Shown piece after piece: positions 1 to 8,236 of a DNA stretch of 64,000 nt. Every line of letters begins with the position of its first letter. The stretch's first letter is position 1. Source of the stretch: an uncultured cyanobacterium (lineage in GTDB: Bacteria > Cyanobacteriota > Cyanobacteriia > Pseudanabaenales > Pseudanabaenaceae); the NCBI GenBank assembly GCA_963703315.1, contig OY969811.1, forward strand, positions 3,584,001 to 3,648,000. Direction: 5' to 3'. Both the position numbers and the translations under genes were made by a program. The notes beneath the pieces were generated by a model. The model made no database searches. It saw nothing but the letters and a program-made list of their open reading frames with translations, and had not been told where the DNA came from.

Positions 1-340
1 TTAGCTTAGTTAGCTAGTTTTTAGGGTGATTACATCCATGTCACTGACAGGATCATTTCCAGTCTAAATACAAGCGTCTGTTGATGTAACTAGCTTGATC
101 AAATTAGCAGTCTATATGAGCTTGTACTAACTAGAAGCTTAGCAAGTAAATATAAAGCTTACTAGTTTTTGTCAGATTTAGCTCTTAAAGACCGCAATAA
201 TTTAGCATACAGCTACGCCAAAATGGTTATCGCTATAATACTGATGCCGATCGCTTGACGAGGTCTGTATAATCTCATGTGAAAGATTGGACGTGCTGTA
301 TCTAATGTTCAACTTTTGAGGAATATCAAAGCGATCGCCC

Positions 341-1099
341 ATGCTAAAACTGCCAACTAAACCAAATCCCACCTCAATTAACTCAAGCACAACTATAAAT
401 TCTGATAAAGATCTTGATGAGAATGTTAGCAATAACAAGAAATCAGTGATTGTCAAGTTAGAAAATGTTCGCAAAACCTATGCAAATGGTGCTGTTGGTT
501 TGCGTGATGTGAACATTGAACTTTACAAGGGAGACTTTAAATTTATTACAGGTCATTCAGGATCGGGAAAATCTACCTTATTAAAGTTGCTCTATGGAGC
601 AGAGCAAGCCACCGATGGCGATGTAATTGTAAATGGGTTTAACCTAAATGGCTTAAAAGGCAATAACTTAGCAATGTTGCGCCGTAAGATTGGCATTGTC
701 TTTCAAGACTATAAGCTCGTACCACGCCGCACTGTTTCGGAAAATGTTGCCTTTGTGTTAATGGCACAGGGCTATACCTATAAGGAAATTCAGCGTCGTG
801 TGCAACCTGCCCTAAAGATGGTGGGCTTAGTGCATAAAGCGAATTGCTTTCCTGAAGAGCTTTCGGGCGGAGAGCAGCAAAGAACAAGTATTGCCAGAGC
901 GATCGTCAATACGCCGCCACTAGTGCTTGCCGATGAGCCAACGGGCAATCTTGATCCTGACAATGCATGGCAAGTAATTAAGATCTTAAAAAAATTAAAT
1001 TCTTTTGGGGTAACCGTACTTTTGACTACTCACGATGAGCAGCTAGTCAGAGCCGCTAATCATCCTGTGTTGCATTTGCAAAATGGTTATATTGTCTAG
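341..1099 (+). CDS. ftsE: Cell division ATP-binding protein FtsE
   Basis: Walker A GHSGSGKS, LSGGEQQR signature, LADEPTGNLD; directly upstream of an FtsX-like gene. Confidence 0.93.
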   Translation: MLKLPTKPNPTSINSSTTINSDKDLDENVSNNKKSVIVKLENVRKTYANGAVGLRDVNIELYKGDFKFITGHSGSGKSTLLKLLYGAEQATDGDVIVNGFNLNGLKGNNLAMLRRKIGIVFQDYKLVPRRTVSENVAFVLMAQGYTYKEIQRRVQPALKMVGLVHKANCFPEELSGGEQQRTSIARAIVNTPPLVLADEPTGNLDPDNAWQVIKILKKLNSFGVTVLLTTHDEQLVRAANHPVLHLQNGYIV

Positions 1100-1160
1100 A
1101 AAAATTGGCGGCACGGCAAAGTCGCACCGCCAATTTTCGTAATTATAGTTGGTATTGATT

Positions 1161-2078
1161 ATGGTGCAAGGATTTGTTCGCTTCTTTACGAAGATTGATT
1201 ATTTACTGCGTGAGACTTTTTTAGGATTGCGGCGTGGTGGTTGGATGAACTGGGCTGCCATTAGTACTGTGGCGGTGTTGTTGTTTCTATTTGGAGCAAG
1301 TTTACAAATTTCTTGGCAGTTGGAAAATGTGTTAGGTCAACTAGGCAGCCAGTTAGAAATATCAGTTTATCTTGACAAAAATACGGTAGGTGAGTCGATG
1401 CAGCCACGCTTACTCTTGATCGATGGAGTGGCTTCTGCACGACTCATTCCCAAAGAAGATGCATGGCAGAATTTGATGAAGGATCTCGGTAAAAATGATC
1501 TTAATCAGGCAACGCAGCAGATTGGGGGCAATCCTTTAGTTGATGAGTTTAAGGTAAGAGCAGTATCTAGCGATCGCGTGCCAGACATTGCGAAACGGAT
1601 TTCTGGTTTACAGGGCATTGATGAAGTGTGGTACACCAATGAAGTCGTGGAGCGTATTGGGCAGCTACGTCGAGCGTTGAGTAATAGCAGTGTGGCGATC
1701 GTGGCGATTTTTACAGTAATTGCGATCGCGGTCATTACCACCACGATCCGACTGATTGTGTTGGCACGAAGGCGCGAGATTGAGGTGATGCAACTAGTGG
1801 GAGCGACGGCTACATGGATTTATTTCCCATTTGTACTGCAAGGTATATTTTTCGGAATTACGGGTGCAGGGACTGCTTATCTAATGCTGATGCTTGGTTT
1901 AAATCTATTAGGTGATGCGATCGTTAATCAACCAGAACTGATCAAATCACTCACGTTAGGTTTAACTACAGATTTGCGATCGCAACTTATTTTACCTGCG
2001 ATATTAGTAAGCTTTGGTTCTGTAATTGGAGTATTAGGTAGTTTGCTTGCTGTGAGAAGATTTTCTTTTAACTCTTGA
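1161..2078 (+). CDS. ftsX: Cell division permease FtsX
   Basis: 4-TM ABC permease layout, ITTTIRLIVLARRREIEVMQLVGAT motif; ATG at 1161 preferred to the TTG at 1149. Confidence 0.9.
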   Translation: MVQGFVRFFTKIDYLLRETFLGLRRGGWMNWAAISTVAVLLFLFGASLQISWQLENVLGQLGSQLEISVYLDKNTVGESMQPRLLLIDGVASARLIPKEDAWQNLMKDLGKNDLNQATQQIGGNPLVDEFKVRAVSSDRVPDIAKRISGLQGIDEVWYTNEVVERIGQLRRALSNSSVAIVAIFTVIAIAVITTTIRLIVLARRREIEVMQLVGATATWIYFPFVLQGIFFGITGAGTAYLMLMLGLNLLGDAIVNQPELIKSLTLGLTTDLRSQLILPAILVSFGSVIGVLGSLLAVRRFSFNS

Positions 2079-2118
2079 TGTTCAATCGTTTATAAAAAGT
2101 TGTAGTGAACGTTTAAAG

Positions 2119-2190
2119 GCGATCGCCCCTTTATCTATCCATCACAAAGCGATCGCCTTCAACCAAATATCAACAAACTGCGATCGCCTA
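2119..2190. repeat. Tandem ~30-bp HIP1-cored repeat cluster 1 (3 units)
   Basis: GCGATCGC at 2119, 2149 and 2180 with related C/A-rich linkers (e.g. CTTCAACCAAATATCAACAAACT). Confidence 0.9.
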
Positions 2191-2205
2191 CTTCCTCTCA
2201 AAAAA

Positions 2206-2544
2206 TCATTCACCCAAGTTGACCAAAGATAATTTGACACAATTTCTAACGCCTTGACTATCTTGTTCCGATAACTTCCCAATGACAACCAAGTTAGCTG
2301 ATGGAGGCAATGTCACAATAAAGCTACGGAAAACAGATGGAACTCTCAGTCCTGATTTTTGCCAATCTTGAAGTACATAATCCGTCACACCTAAATTTTT
2401 GGTCTGTGAGGTTATAAGCCCGACAATTACATCAGGACGATTTGCATGATATATTTCCGAAGATAATACAACTGCTGGACGGCGTTTGATACCAGTAACA
2501 GCAGGAAAATCAACTGTTACTACATCACCAGATTTCACTTTCAC
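2206..2544 (-). CDS. PemK/MazF-family toxin (type II TA)
   Basis: GDVVTVDFP...KRRPAVVLS N-terminal motif, 112 aa, overlaps upstream small gene by 4 nt. Confidence 0.85.
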   Translation of the reverse strand: MKVKSGDVVTVDFPAVTGIKRRPAVVLSSEIYHANRPDVIVGLITSQTKNLGVTDYVLQDWQKSGLRVPSVFRSFIVTLPPSANLVVIGKLSEQDSQGVRNCVKLSLVNLGE

Positions 2545-2765
2545 TCAACTATCTCCTCATCGTCAAGAAAAGAAGTTACTGCATATTGGAGAGAAAAAGC
2601 AGCTAAATCTAATTGATCCTGCTCTGTCCAAGTGTCGCTATCATCAATAACAGCAACATCTTGTTTGATTAAGCCGTTAAGAATTAATGTCGCTAACTGT
2701 AGTCTCTCAGTTGGCGGAAGATTTGAAATAACTTGTCTATAGATTTCCTGAACAGCTTTTGGCAT
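2541..2765 (-). CDS. Putative antitoxin partner of the PemK/MazF toxin
   Basis: 74-aa acidic protein translationally coupled to the toxin (GTGA overlap). Confidence 0.7.
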   Translation of the reverse strand: MPKAVQEIYRQVISNLPPTERLQLATLILNGLIKQDVAVIDDSDTWTEQDQLDLAAFSLQYAVTSFLDDEEIVE

Positions 2766-2819
2766 AAAACATTTTCAATGACAGGATATTAAATTACAAG
2801 ACTACATACATTCTAATCT

Positions 2820-2890
2820 GCGATCGCCTTAAACATAATTTTTCAAAAGCGATCGCCTCAACCAAATATCAACAACCAGCGATCGCCTCT
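2820..2890. repeat. Tandem ~30-bp HIP1-cored repeat cluster 2 (3 units)
   Basis: GCGATCGC at 2820, 2849 and 2879; linker CTCAACCAAATATCAACAACCA nearly identical to cluster 1. Confidence 0.9.
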
Positions 2891-3122
2891 AATTGGAATG
2901 ACTAACTGCTAAATGTTCAGCAAGGGAGGTTTGAACAACTGTTTGGGGGGTTACTCCTAAACGTTTTGCTTCTTGATTAATTAGCTCAATCATCCAGACA
3001 GGTAAATCGATGCTAAGCCTTTTTTGAGTAGATAAGGGACGTTTAGCTTGAGATAAATCAAGCATCTCGATGATATCTTCTTCTCCATCGTCAAATTTTT
3101 GGTCAAATTCCTTGGAGTTCAT
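2889..3122 (-). CDS. BrnA/CopG-like antitoxin
   Basis: MNSKEFDQKFDDGEEDIIEMLDLSQAKRP...RLSIDLPVWMIELINQEAKRLGV ribbon-helix-helix pattern; likely true start is the ATG at 3122, not 3248. Confidence 0.8.
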   Translation of the reverse strand: MNSKEFDQKFDDGEEDIIEMLDLSQAKRPLSTQKRLSIDLPVWMIELINQEAKRLGVTPQTVVQTSLAEHLAVSHSN

Positions 3123-3210
3123 AAATGGAAACCTCTTGTGTGCGTGATCGGCGGACAGATATGCTCCGAATATTTTGATCTCGGTAGGTGATAACTCCAG
3201 ACCAATCGCG
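3103..3210 (-). pseudogene. 3' remnant of a BrnT-like toxin gene
   Basis: Alternative frame reads RDWSGVITYRDQNIRSISVRRSRTQEVSIYELQGI*, resembling BrnT C-termini; in-frame TAA just upstream and no start codon. Confidence 0.75.
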
Positions 3211-3234
3211 GACAGTAGGTTTTGAAACGTATTA

Positions 3235-3272
3235 CGAATCGCCCCCAATCAAAATCAACAAACTGCGATCGC
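3235..3272. repeat. HIP1-cored repeat cluster 3 (one intact and one degenerate unit)
   Basis: CGAATCGC at 3235 and GCGATCGC at 3265, 30 bp apart, linker CCCCAATCAAAATCAACAAACT. Confidence 0.8.
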
Positions 3273-3340
3273 TTCTTAGATTTCGCGTAAATGTTACACT
3301 TGGTAAGTTCATATTTATATTTTATCTAGACCAATGACCT

Positions 3341-3598
3341 ATGCCCGTTATTAGTCGGTTTTTGGGAATTGCGATCTATATGTATTGGAATGATCATTTA
3401 CCTCCTCACTATCATGCAAAATATGGTGAGTATGAAATTATTATTGAAATTGAGACTGGTGTGATAACTGGTTCATTTCCAAAACGTGCATTACGTCATG
3501 TTTTAGAATGGCATGATTTACATCAATCCGAGTTGATGGCTAATTGGGAACTTTGCCGTCAGCAAGAAGAACTAAAATCTATTTTTCCTCTGGAGTAA
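3341..3598 (+). CDS. DUF4160-family protein (putative TA toxin component)
   Basis: MPVISRFLGIAIYMYWNDHLPPHYHAKYG motif. Confidence 0.85.
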   Translation: MPVISRFLGIAIYMYWNDHLPPHYHAKYGEYEIIIEIETGVITGSFPKRALRHVLEWHDLHQSELMANWELCRQQEELKSIFPLE

Positions 3599-3602
3599 GG
3601 TT

Positions 3603-3911
3603 ATGTTTCTAAATATTATTTCTGCTCATTATATTGATCGCTACAGGATTGAAATTCAATTCAACGATAGTCGTATAGGAACTGTAGATTTATGCAATAG
3701 CTTAAAGGGTAAAGTTTTTCAACCTTTACAAGATTTATCATTGTTTCAACAGTTTGAGGTTGATGCTGAACTTGGGACAATCCATTGGTCAAATGGTGCG
3801 GACTTTGCTCCTGAATATCTATATTTTCTTGCATTCCGTGATTTACCTGAGTTACAAGAACAGTTTCAAAAATGGGGTTATTTACCCGCTAAAGTTGCGC
3901 TGAACGTGTAA
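3603..3911 (+). CDS. DUF2442-family protein (putative TA partner)
   Basis: YRIEIQFND...GKVFQPLQD...GTIHWSNGADFAPEYLY; usual partner of DUF4160. Confidence 0.85.
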   Translation: MFLNIISAHYIDRYRIEIQFNDSRIGTVDLCNSLKGKVFQPLQDLSLFQQFEVDAELGTIHWSNGADFAPEYLYFLAFRDLPELQEQFQKWGYLPAKVALNV

Positions 3912-3913
3912 AG

Positions 3914-4010
3914 GCGATCGCCTCTAATCAAATCAACAAATAGCGATCGCCCCTTCATCTCCCCACAACAAAGCGATCGCCCCTAATCAAATATCAATAG
4001 CAATGATCAC
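3914..4010. repeat. Tandem ~30-bp HIP1-cored repeat cluster 4 (3 intact and 1 degenerate unit)
   Basis: GCGATCGC at 3914, 3943 and 3973, ATGATCAC at 4003; linkers CYCTAATCAAAT(A)TCAA. Confidence 0.9.
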
Positions 4011-4053
4011 CTCTTTAGGATGAGACAAATACAGAAATTCACAAACAACACAT

Positions 4054-4923
4054 TTAGTTAATAATAATATTGTCGAATTTTATTTGACGTGTATAAGTTA
4101 CTACTATCAATGAATTTAGTTCAGTAACTGAACTAGGAACTGTAAAATTCATACTTACATCGTAGGTTGATCCTTTTTGCATCTCGCGCTCTAAAGTACT
4201 CCCTCTATATTCCTTAGAATTGACAAAAATCGCATAATTCACAAGATACTCACGACCTTGACGGTCTGTCATTTTATTACTGTCATATAGACGTAAACCA
4301 TAATCTTTACGTTCTTTAATTGTAGTAAGTACAAAAGAGCAATTAACATATGCCTGTTGTCTCGCACATTTTTTAAATTCCCACGTTACGTCATCATCTA
4401 CTTGAATAGGATTACTAACACGAGGATTGCTGCTAGGACTAGCAGTAATGATGGGACTTGGCGTACTACTGGGACTTGCTTTAGGAGTAGCTTCTACAAT
4501 GGTTGGAGCTGTTGGTTTAGGATTTATATAAGTCTCTACAGCTTCTTCTAAAACTTTAACTTTACTATCCTGTGTAACTGATACTCCTTTAGATTCAAGA
4601 TATTTATCTATGTTTTTAATTGTATTCGGTGAAAGGCTGACAAGAGAAGAATCCACTTTTGACGGATCTTTGGAAATGATCTCATTCACATTATCTCCCC
4701 CACTTTTAAAGCCCGTTAGAATTCCAGCCGCAAGTGCCGAAAATGTAAGTGCTAAAAAGAAAAGTATCATGTAGAGAAATATTCTTTCCTTTTGTTTTGG
4801 CTCGGCTTTTCCAAAGAGCAGGAAAACTATAAATGCAATTACAATAGCAACTAGAGCAAAAACTCCAAACAGGCTTCCAGAATTTGCGAGAATCTGAGGA
4901 AGATTGTTAATTAAATTTCCCAT
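4054..4923 (-). CDS. Hypothetical membrane-anchored protein (2 N-terminal TM helices, Pro/Ser/Thr linker, beta-rich C-terminal domain)
   Basis: 289-aa ORF, AT-rich, no HIP1 site seen inside. Confidence 0.7.
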   Translation of the reverse strand: MGNLINNLPQILANSGSLFGVFALVAIVIAFIVFLLFGKAEPKQKERIFLYMILFFLALTFSALAAGILTGFKSGGDNVNEIISKDPSKVDSSLVSLSPNTIKNIDKYLESKGVSVTQDSKVKVLEEAVETYINPKPTAPTIVEATPKASPSSTPSPIITASPSSNPRVSNPIQVDDDVTWEFKKCARQQAYVNCSFVLTTIKERKDYGLRLYDSNKMTDRQGREYLVNYAIFVNSKEYRGSTLEREMQKGSTYDVSMNFTVPSSVTELNSLIVVTYTRQIKFDNIIIN

Positions 4924-4953
4924 TTAGGTTACCTATAAATCTAACTTAGCAAT

Positions 4954-4991
4954 AAAAAAAGAGAGGATGCATCGGCAACCTCTCTTTTTTT
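4954..4991. terminator. Intrinsic terminator after rbcS
   Basis: AAAAAAAGAGAGG...CCTCTCTTTTTTT hairpin with A/T tails. Confidence 0.75.
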
Positions 4992-5000
4992 GTTTAAAGC

Positions 5001-5336
5001 TTAGTAACGAGCGCTGTTAGGCTTGTGTACGATGAAGCTTTGAACTTGGCACTGCTTGATGTTGTCGAAAGCAACAACACGGATAAAGCTACCAGGATAG
5101 CTAGAACGGCAAGCTTGAACTTCGCTCAAAACTTCTTGAGGAGTTCTGGCGTTGAACAAGGGCAACTTCCAAAGAGTCCAGTAGTGAACAGCAGGATCGG
5201 AATCTTCGTTAAATTCGATCGCAGGATAGAAACCTTGCTTCAAGGTGTACTCGATTTGACGAGTGATTTGAGCATCGCTCAAAGGGGGAAGATAAGAAAG
5301 AGTTTCGTAACGACGCTCTTTAGGTAAAGTTTGCAT
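5001..5336 (-). CDS. rbcS: RuBisCO small subunit
   Basis: [29 protein letters not shown]. Confidence 0.98.
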   Translation of the reverse strand: MQTLPKERRYETLSYLPPLSDAQITRQIEYTLKQGFYPAIEFNEDSDPAVHYWTLWKLPLFNARTPQEVLSEVQACRSSYPGSFIRVVAFDNIKQCQVQSFIVHKPNSARY

Positions 5337-5363
5337 TATTTCCTCGCGATTGAAATTATATTG

Positions 5364-5843
5364 CTATTGATTTGGTTGGGTGGGAGCGCGATCGCCTTCA
5401 ACAACTGAATCTGGTTCTGAGTTAGCCACAACTTCTAGAGGAACTTCGAGATTATCTTCAGAACTAGGTTCTAGATTCTCGCATTCTGCATATCCTTCAG
5501 AAGCCTGCACACTCATGATCTTCTCAAAATGCTGACGACGAAGCTGCATATTTGATTGTTGGATTCCAGTACGAGTCATTTCTGGCAGAAATTCTAAAAT
5601 TTCGTTGGCAAGATGTTCCCGCACAGTCATCACTCGAAAAGCCATTTCTTGGTGAACCTCAAAGAGGTCTTTGATATAAAGTTCGCCATTTTGGAGTCTC
5701 TCGCGCGTTGAGAATTGATTAAACCAAAGAGCTTTCAACTTATCGGTTTCTTCCAATTGCTCAGCGATCGTCTTCACAGCCTCGAATGTCAAAAAATTGA
5801 TCAACATTTTGGCTGTGGACTTAGTACTGCGCTTGATATCCAT
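5364..5843 (-). CDS. rbcX: RuBisCO assembly chaperone RbcX
   Basis: MDIKRSTKSTAKMLINFLTFEAV...RVMTVREHLA, between rbcL and rbcS; start reassigned to the ATG at 5843. Confidence 0.93.
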   Translation of the reverse strand: MDIKRSTKSTAKMLINFLTFEAVKTIAEQLEETDKLKALWFNQFSTRERLQNGELYIKDLFEVHQEMAFRVMTVREHLANEILEFLPEMTRTGIQQSNMQLRRQHFEKIMSVQASEGYAECENLEPSSEDNLEVPLEVVANSEPDSVVEGDRAPTQPNQ

Positions 5844-5867
5844 AGGTTCACTTAACCAAGATTTTGT

Positions 5868-5898
5868 TTGTAAGAATGGGCGTAGCCCATTCTTACAA
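5868..5898. promoter_or_regulatory. rbcL-rbcX intercistronic hairpin (mRNA stability or partial terminator)
   Basis: 14-bp perfect stem TTGTAAGAATGGGC-GTA-GCCCATTCTTACAA. Confidence 0.6.
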
Positions 5899-5909
5899 CG
5901 GCAGATCAA

Positions 5910-7340
5910 TTAGACGGTATCCATTGCTTCAAATTCAAACTTGATTTCTTTCCAGAGTTCAAGAGCAGCATTCAACTCAGGAGACCAACGACCAGCTTCA
6001 CGAAGGATGTCGCCACCTTCACGCATCATGTCGCGACCTTCGTTACGAGCTTGTACGCAAGCTTCGAGAGCAACGCGGTTAGCGGTTGCACCAGGAGCAG
6101 CACCCCAAGGATGTCCCAAAGTACCACCACCGAACTGTAAGCAAGAGTCATCGCCGAAGATTTCCACGAGCGCAGGCATATGCCATACGTGGATACCACC
6201 CGAAGCAACGGGAAGTACACCAGGCATAGAAGCCCAATCTTGGGTGAAGTAGATACCGCGAGAGCGATCGAGTTCGATGTGGTCTTCACGCATTAGGTCA
6301 ACAAAGCCCATGGTGATGCCCTTTTCGCCTTCGAGCTTACCAACAACGGTTCCAGAGTGAAGGTGATCACCACCAGACATACGCAGACACTTAGCCAAAA
6401 CGCGGAAGTGAATCCCGTGAGTTTTTTGACGGTCAATAACTGCGTGCATAGCGCGGTGAATGTGCAATAGCAAGCCATTGTCACGGCAGTACTTAGCAAG
6501 AGTGGTGTTAGCTGTGAAACCACCAGTCAAGAAGTCATGCATGATGATCGGTGTGCCGATTTCTTTTGCGAAAGCTGCACGTTCCATCATTTGCTCACAG
6601 GTTGGAGCAGTAACGTTCAAGTAGTGACCCTTGATTTCGCCAGTTTCAGCTTGAGCTTTTTCGATTGCTTCTTGTACAAACAGGAAGCGATCGCGCCAGC
6701 GCATGAAAGGCTGAGAGTTGATGTTTTCGTCGTCTTTGGTGAAGTCCAAACCGCCGCGTAGACATTCGTATACTGCACGACCGTAGTTCTTCGCAGACAA
6801 GCCCAATTTAGGCTTGATGGTACAACCCAAGAGAGGACGACCGTACTTGTTCAACTTGTCGCGCTCAACTTGAATACCGTGAGGAGGTCCTTGGAAGGTC
6901 TTCAGGTATGCAATAGGCACACGGATGTCTTCGAGACGCAATGCACGAAGAGCTTTGAAACCAAATACGTTACCAACCAATGAGGTGAGCAAGTTGGTTA
7001 CAGAGCCTTCCTCGAACAAGTCCAGAGGATACGCGATGTATGCAATGTATTGATTGTCTTCGTTGGGTACTGGTTCGACATCATAGCAACGACCTTTGTA
7101 GCGATCGAGGTCGGTCAACAAGTCTGTCCATACAGTTGTCCATGTACCTGTAGAAGATTCAGCAGCTACCGCAGCAGCAGCTTCTTCTGGAGGTACGCCT
7201 GGTTGAGGCACGAAGCGGAAAGCGGCGAGAAGGTCAGTATCTCTAGGAGTGTAATCGGGAGTATAGTACTTTAGTTTGTAGTCCTGTACACCTGCGTCGT
7301 AGCCAGCCTTGGCTTTAGACTGTGTTTTCGAGTAAGACAT
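5910..7340 (-). CDS. rbcL: RuBisCO large subunit, form IB
   Basis: [10 protein letters not shown] catalytic motif, full 476 aa. Confidence 0.99.
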   Translation of the reverse strand: MSYSKTQSKAKAGYDAGVQDYKLKYYTPDYTPRDTDLLAAFRFVPQPGVPPEEAAAAVAAESSTGTWTTVWTDLLTDLDRYKGRCYDVEPVPNEDNQYIAYIAYPLDLFEEGSVTNLLTSLVGNVFGFKALRALRLEDIRVPIAYLKTFQGPPHGIQVERDKLNKYGRPLLGCTIKPKLGLSAKNYGRAVYECLRGGLDFTKDDENINSQPFMRWRDRFLFVQEAIEKAQAETGEIKGHYLNVTAPTCEQMMERAAFAKEIGTPIIMHDFLTGGFTANTTLAKYCRDNGLLLHIHRAMHAVIDRQKTHGIHFRVLAKCLRMSGGDHLHSGTVVGKLEGEKGITMGFVDLMREDHIELDRSRGIYFTQDWASMPGVLPVASGGIHVWHMPALVEIFGDDSCLQFGGGTLGHPWGAAPGATANRVALEACVQARNEGRDMMREGGDILREAGRWSPELNAALELWKEIKFEFEAMDTV

Positions 7341-8046
7341 TAATATCTCCTTACTATAGTTAAATGAGAATCGTTTAAATTTCCACCATTCGTCCTAGGG
7401 CAGTTTGCTCCCGTGAGAGTGCGTCAGGCAAATCATGCCTCAAGACTCAAAACGATAATTGACAGTAATCAAGACTGAAAGGCAAGCTTTGGAACTGAAA
7501 AAATGCAAAAATTTTTGGTTCTATGCGTCACTGAGTCTTAAAACTGGGTTGCCCGCAAACTGCACGGGGCGCTGCAAAAAAACGAAGAGGCAGCATCAAA
7601 AATCAAATCAGAAACTATCTCTTTATTTGGTTTGTTGATATCTAGCTCTTTGGTGGAATATTTTTTGCTTTATATAAGTTAATCCTATCAGGAATTCTTC
7701 GTGTGAAGTCCTTGAGCGATGTCTCTAATTTAAACATAAAGTGCGTATCCACATTTACTTTTTTTGAAAAAAAATTTTTAAAACAGCTCGTATTTGGCTC
7801 TAAACTTATATAAAAAATCTATATCACCCTAATAAGGTAGATATATCCTCTATCAGATATTTACAAAAAATATTTCTGAGATCGATAGCCCAAAAGCCTT
7901 TATCTATAAAGACTTTTCAAAACAATTAACAATTAATTTCTATTAAGCAATTGCATTATGTATTAATCAACTTTAGCGATCGCCTACTTGATACTGATAT
8001 AAAAACTAATATGATTGGTTAGTAATTCTAATAAGATTAAATTAGT

Positions 8047-8061
8047 ATTAGAAATACTAAT
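8047..8061. promoter_or_regulatory. LysR-type (RbcR/PacR-like) binding box upstream of rbcL
   Basis: ATTAG-AAATA-CTAAT, fitting ATTA(G/A)-N5-(C/T)TAAT. Confidence 0.6.
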
Positions 8062-8236
8062 AACTCTTATATAAATAAGAAATGATTGAGTTTGATCGGT
8101 CTTTGTTGATCAATAACTGTTAATTTGATTAGAGTATTTATACTTATAGCAATCCATTGGCGATCGCAATTTATAGGGCTTTTCCAGCGATAAAATCTGT
8201 GGCATCGCCTTGGGCGATGCCACAGATTTTATATGG

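Noticed and set aside
1..200. TAG/CTAG-rich non-coding stretch at the window start
   Set aside because: No consistent repeat unit, fold or ORF could be supported, and the upstream context is missing.
202..474. Short antisense ORFs over core genes (e.g. 202-474, 5025-5327, 5941-6252, 19165-19578, 52992-53822)
   Set aside because: They are shadow frames of well-supported genes with no recognisable motifs.
3123..3248. N-terminal extension of the 119-aa ORF
   Set aside because: It starts at TTG inside a repeat; the region is better explained as a BrnT stub in another frame.
2119..4010. HIP1 repeat clusters as a CRISPR array
   Set aside because: The conserved part is only 8 bp, the ~22-bp linkers resemble each other rather than being unique spacers, clusters have 2-4 units, and there are no cas genes.
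5844..5909. N-terminal extension of RbcX in the ORF track
   Set aside because: It spans the intercistronic hairpin; family similarity starts at MDIK (5843).
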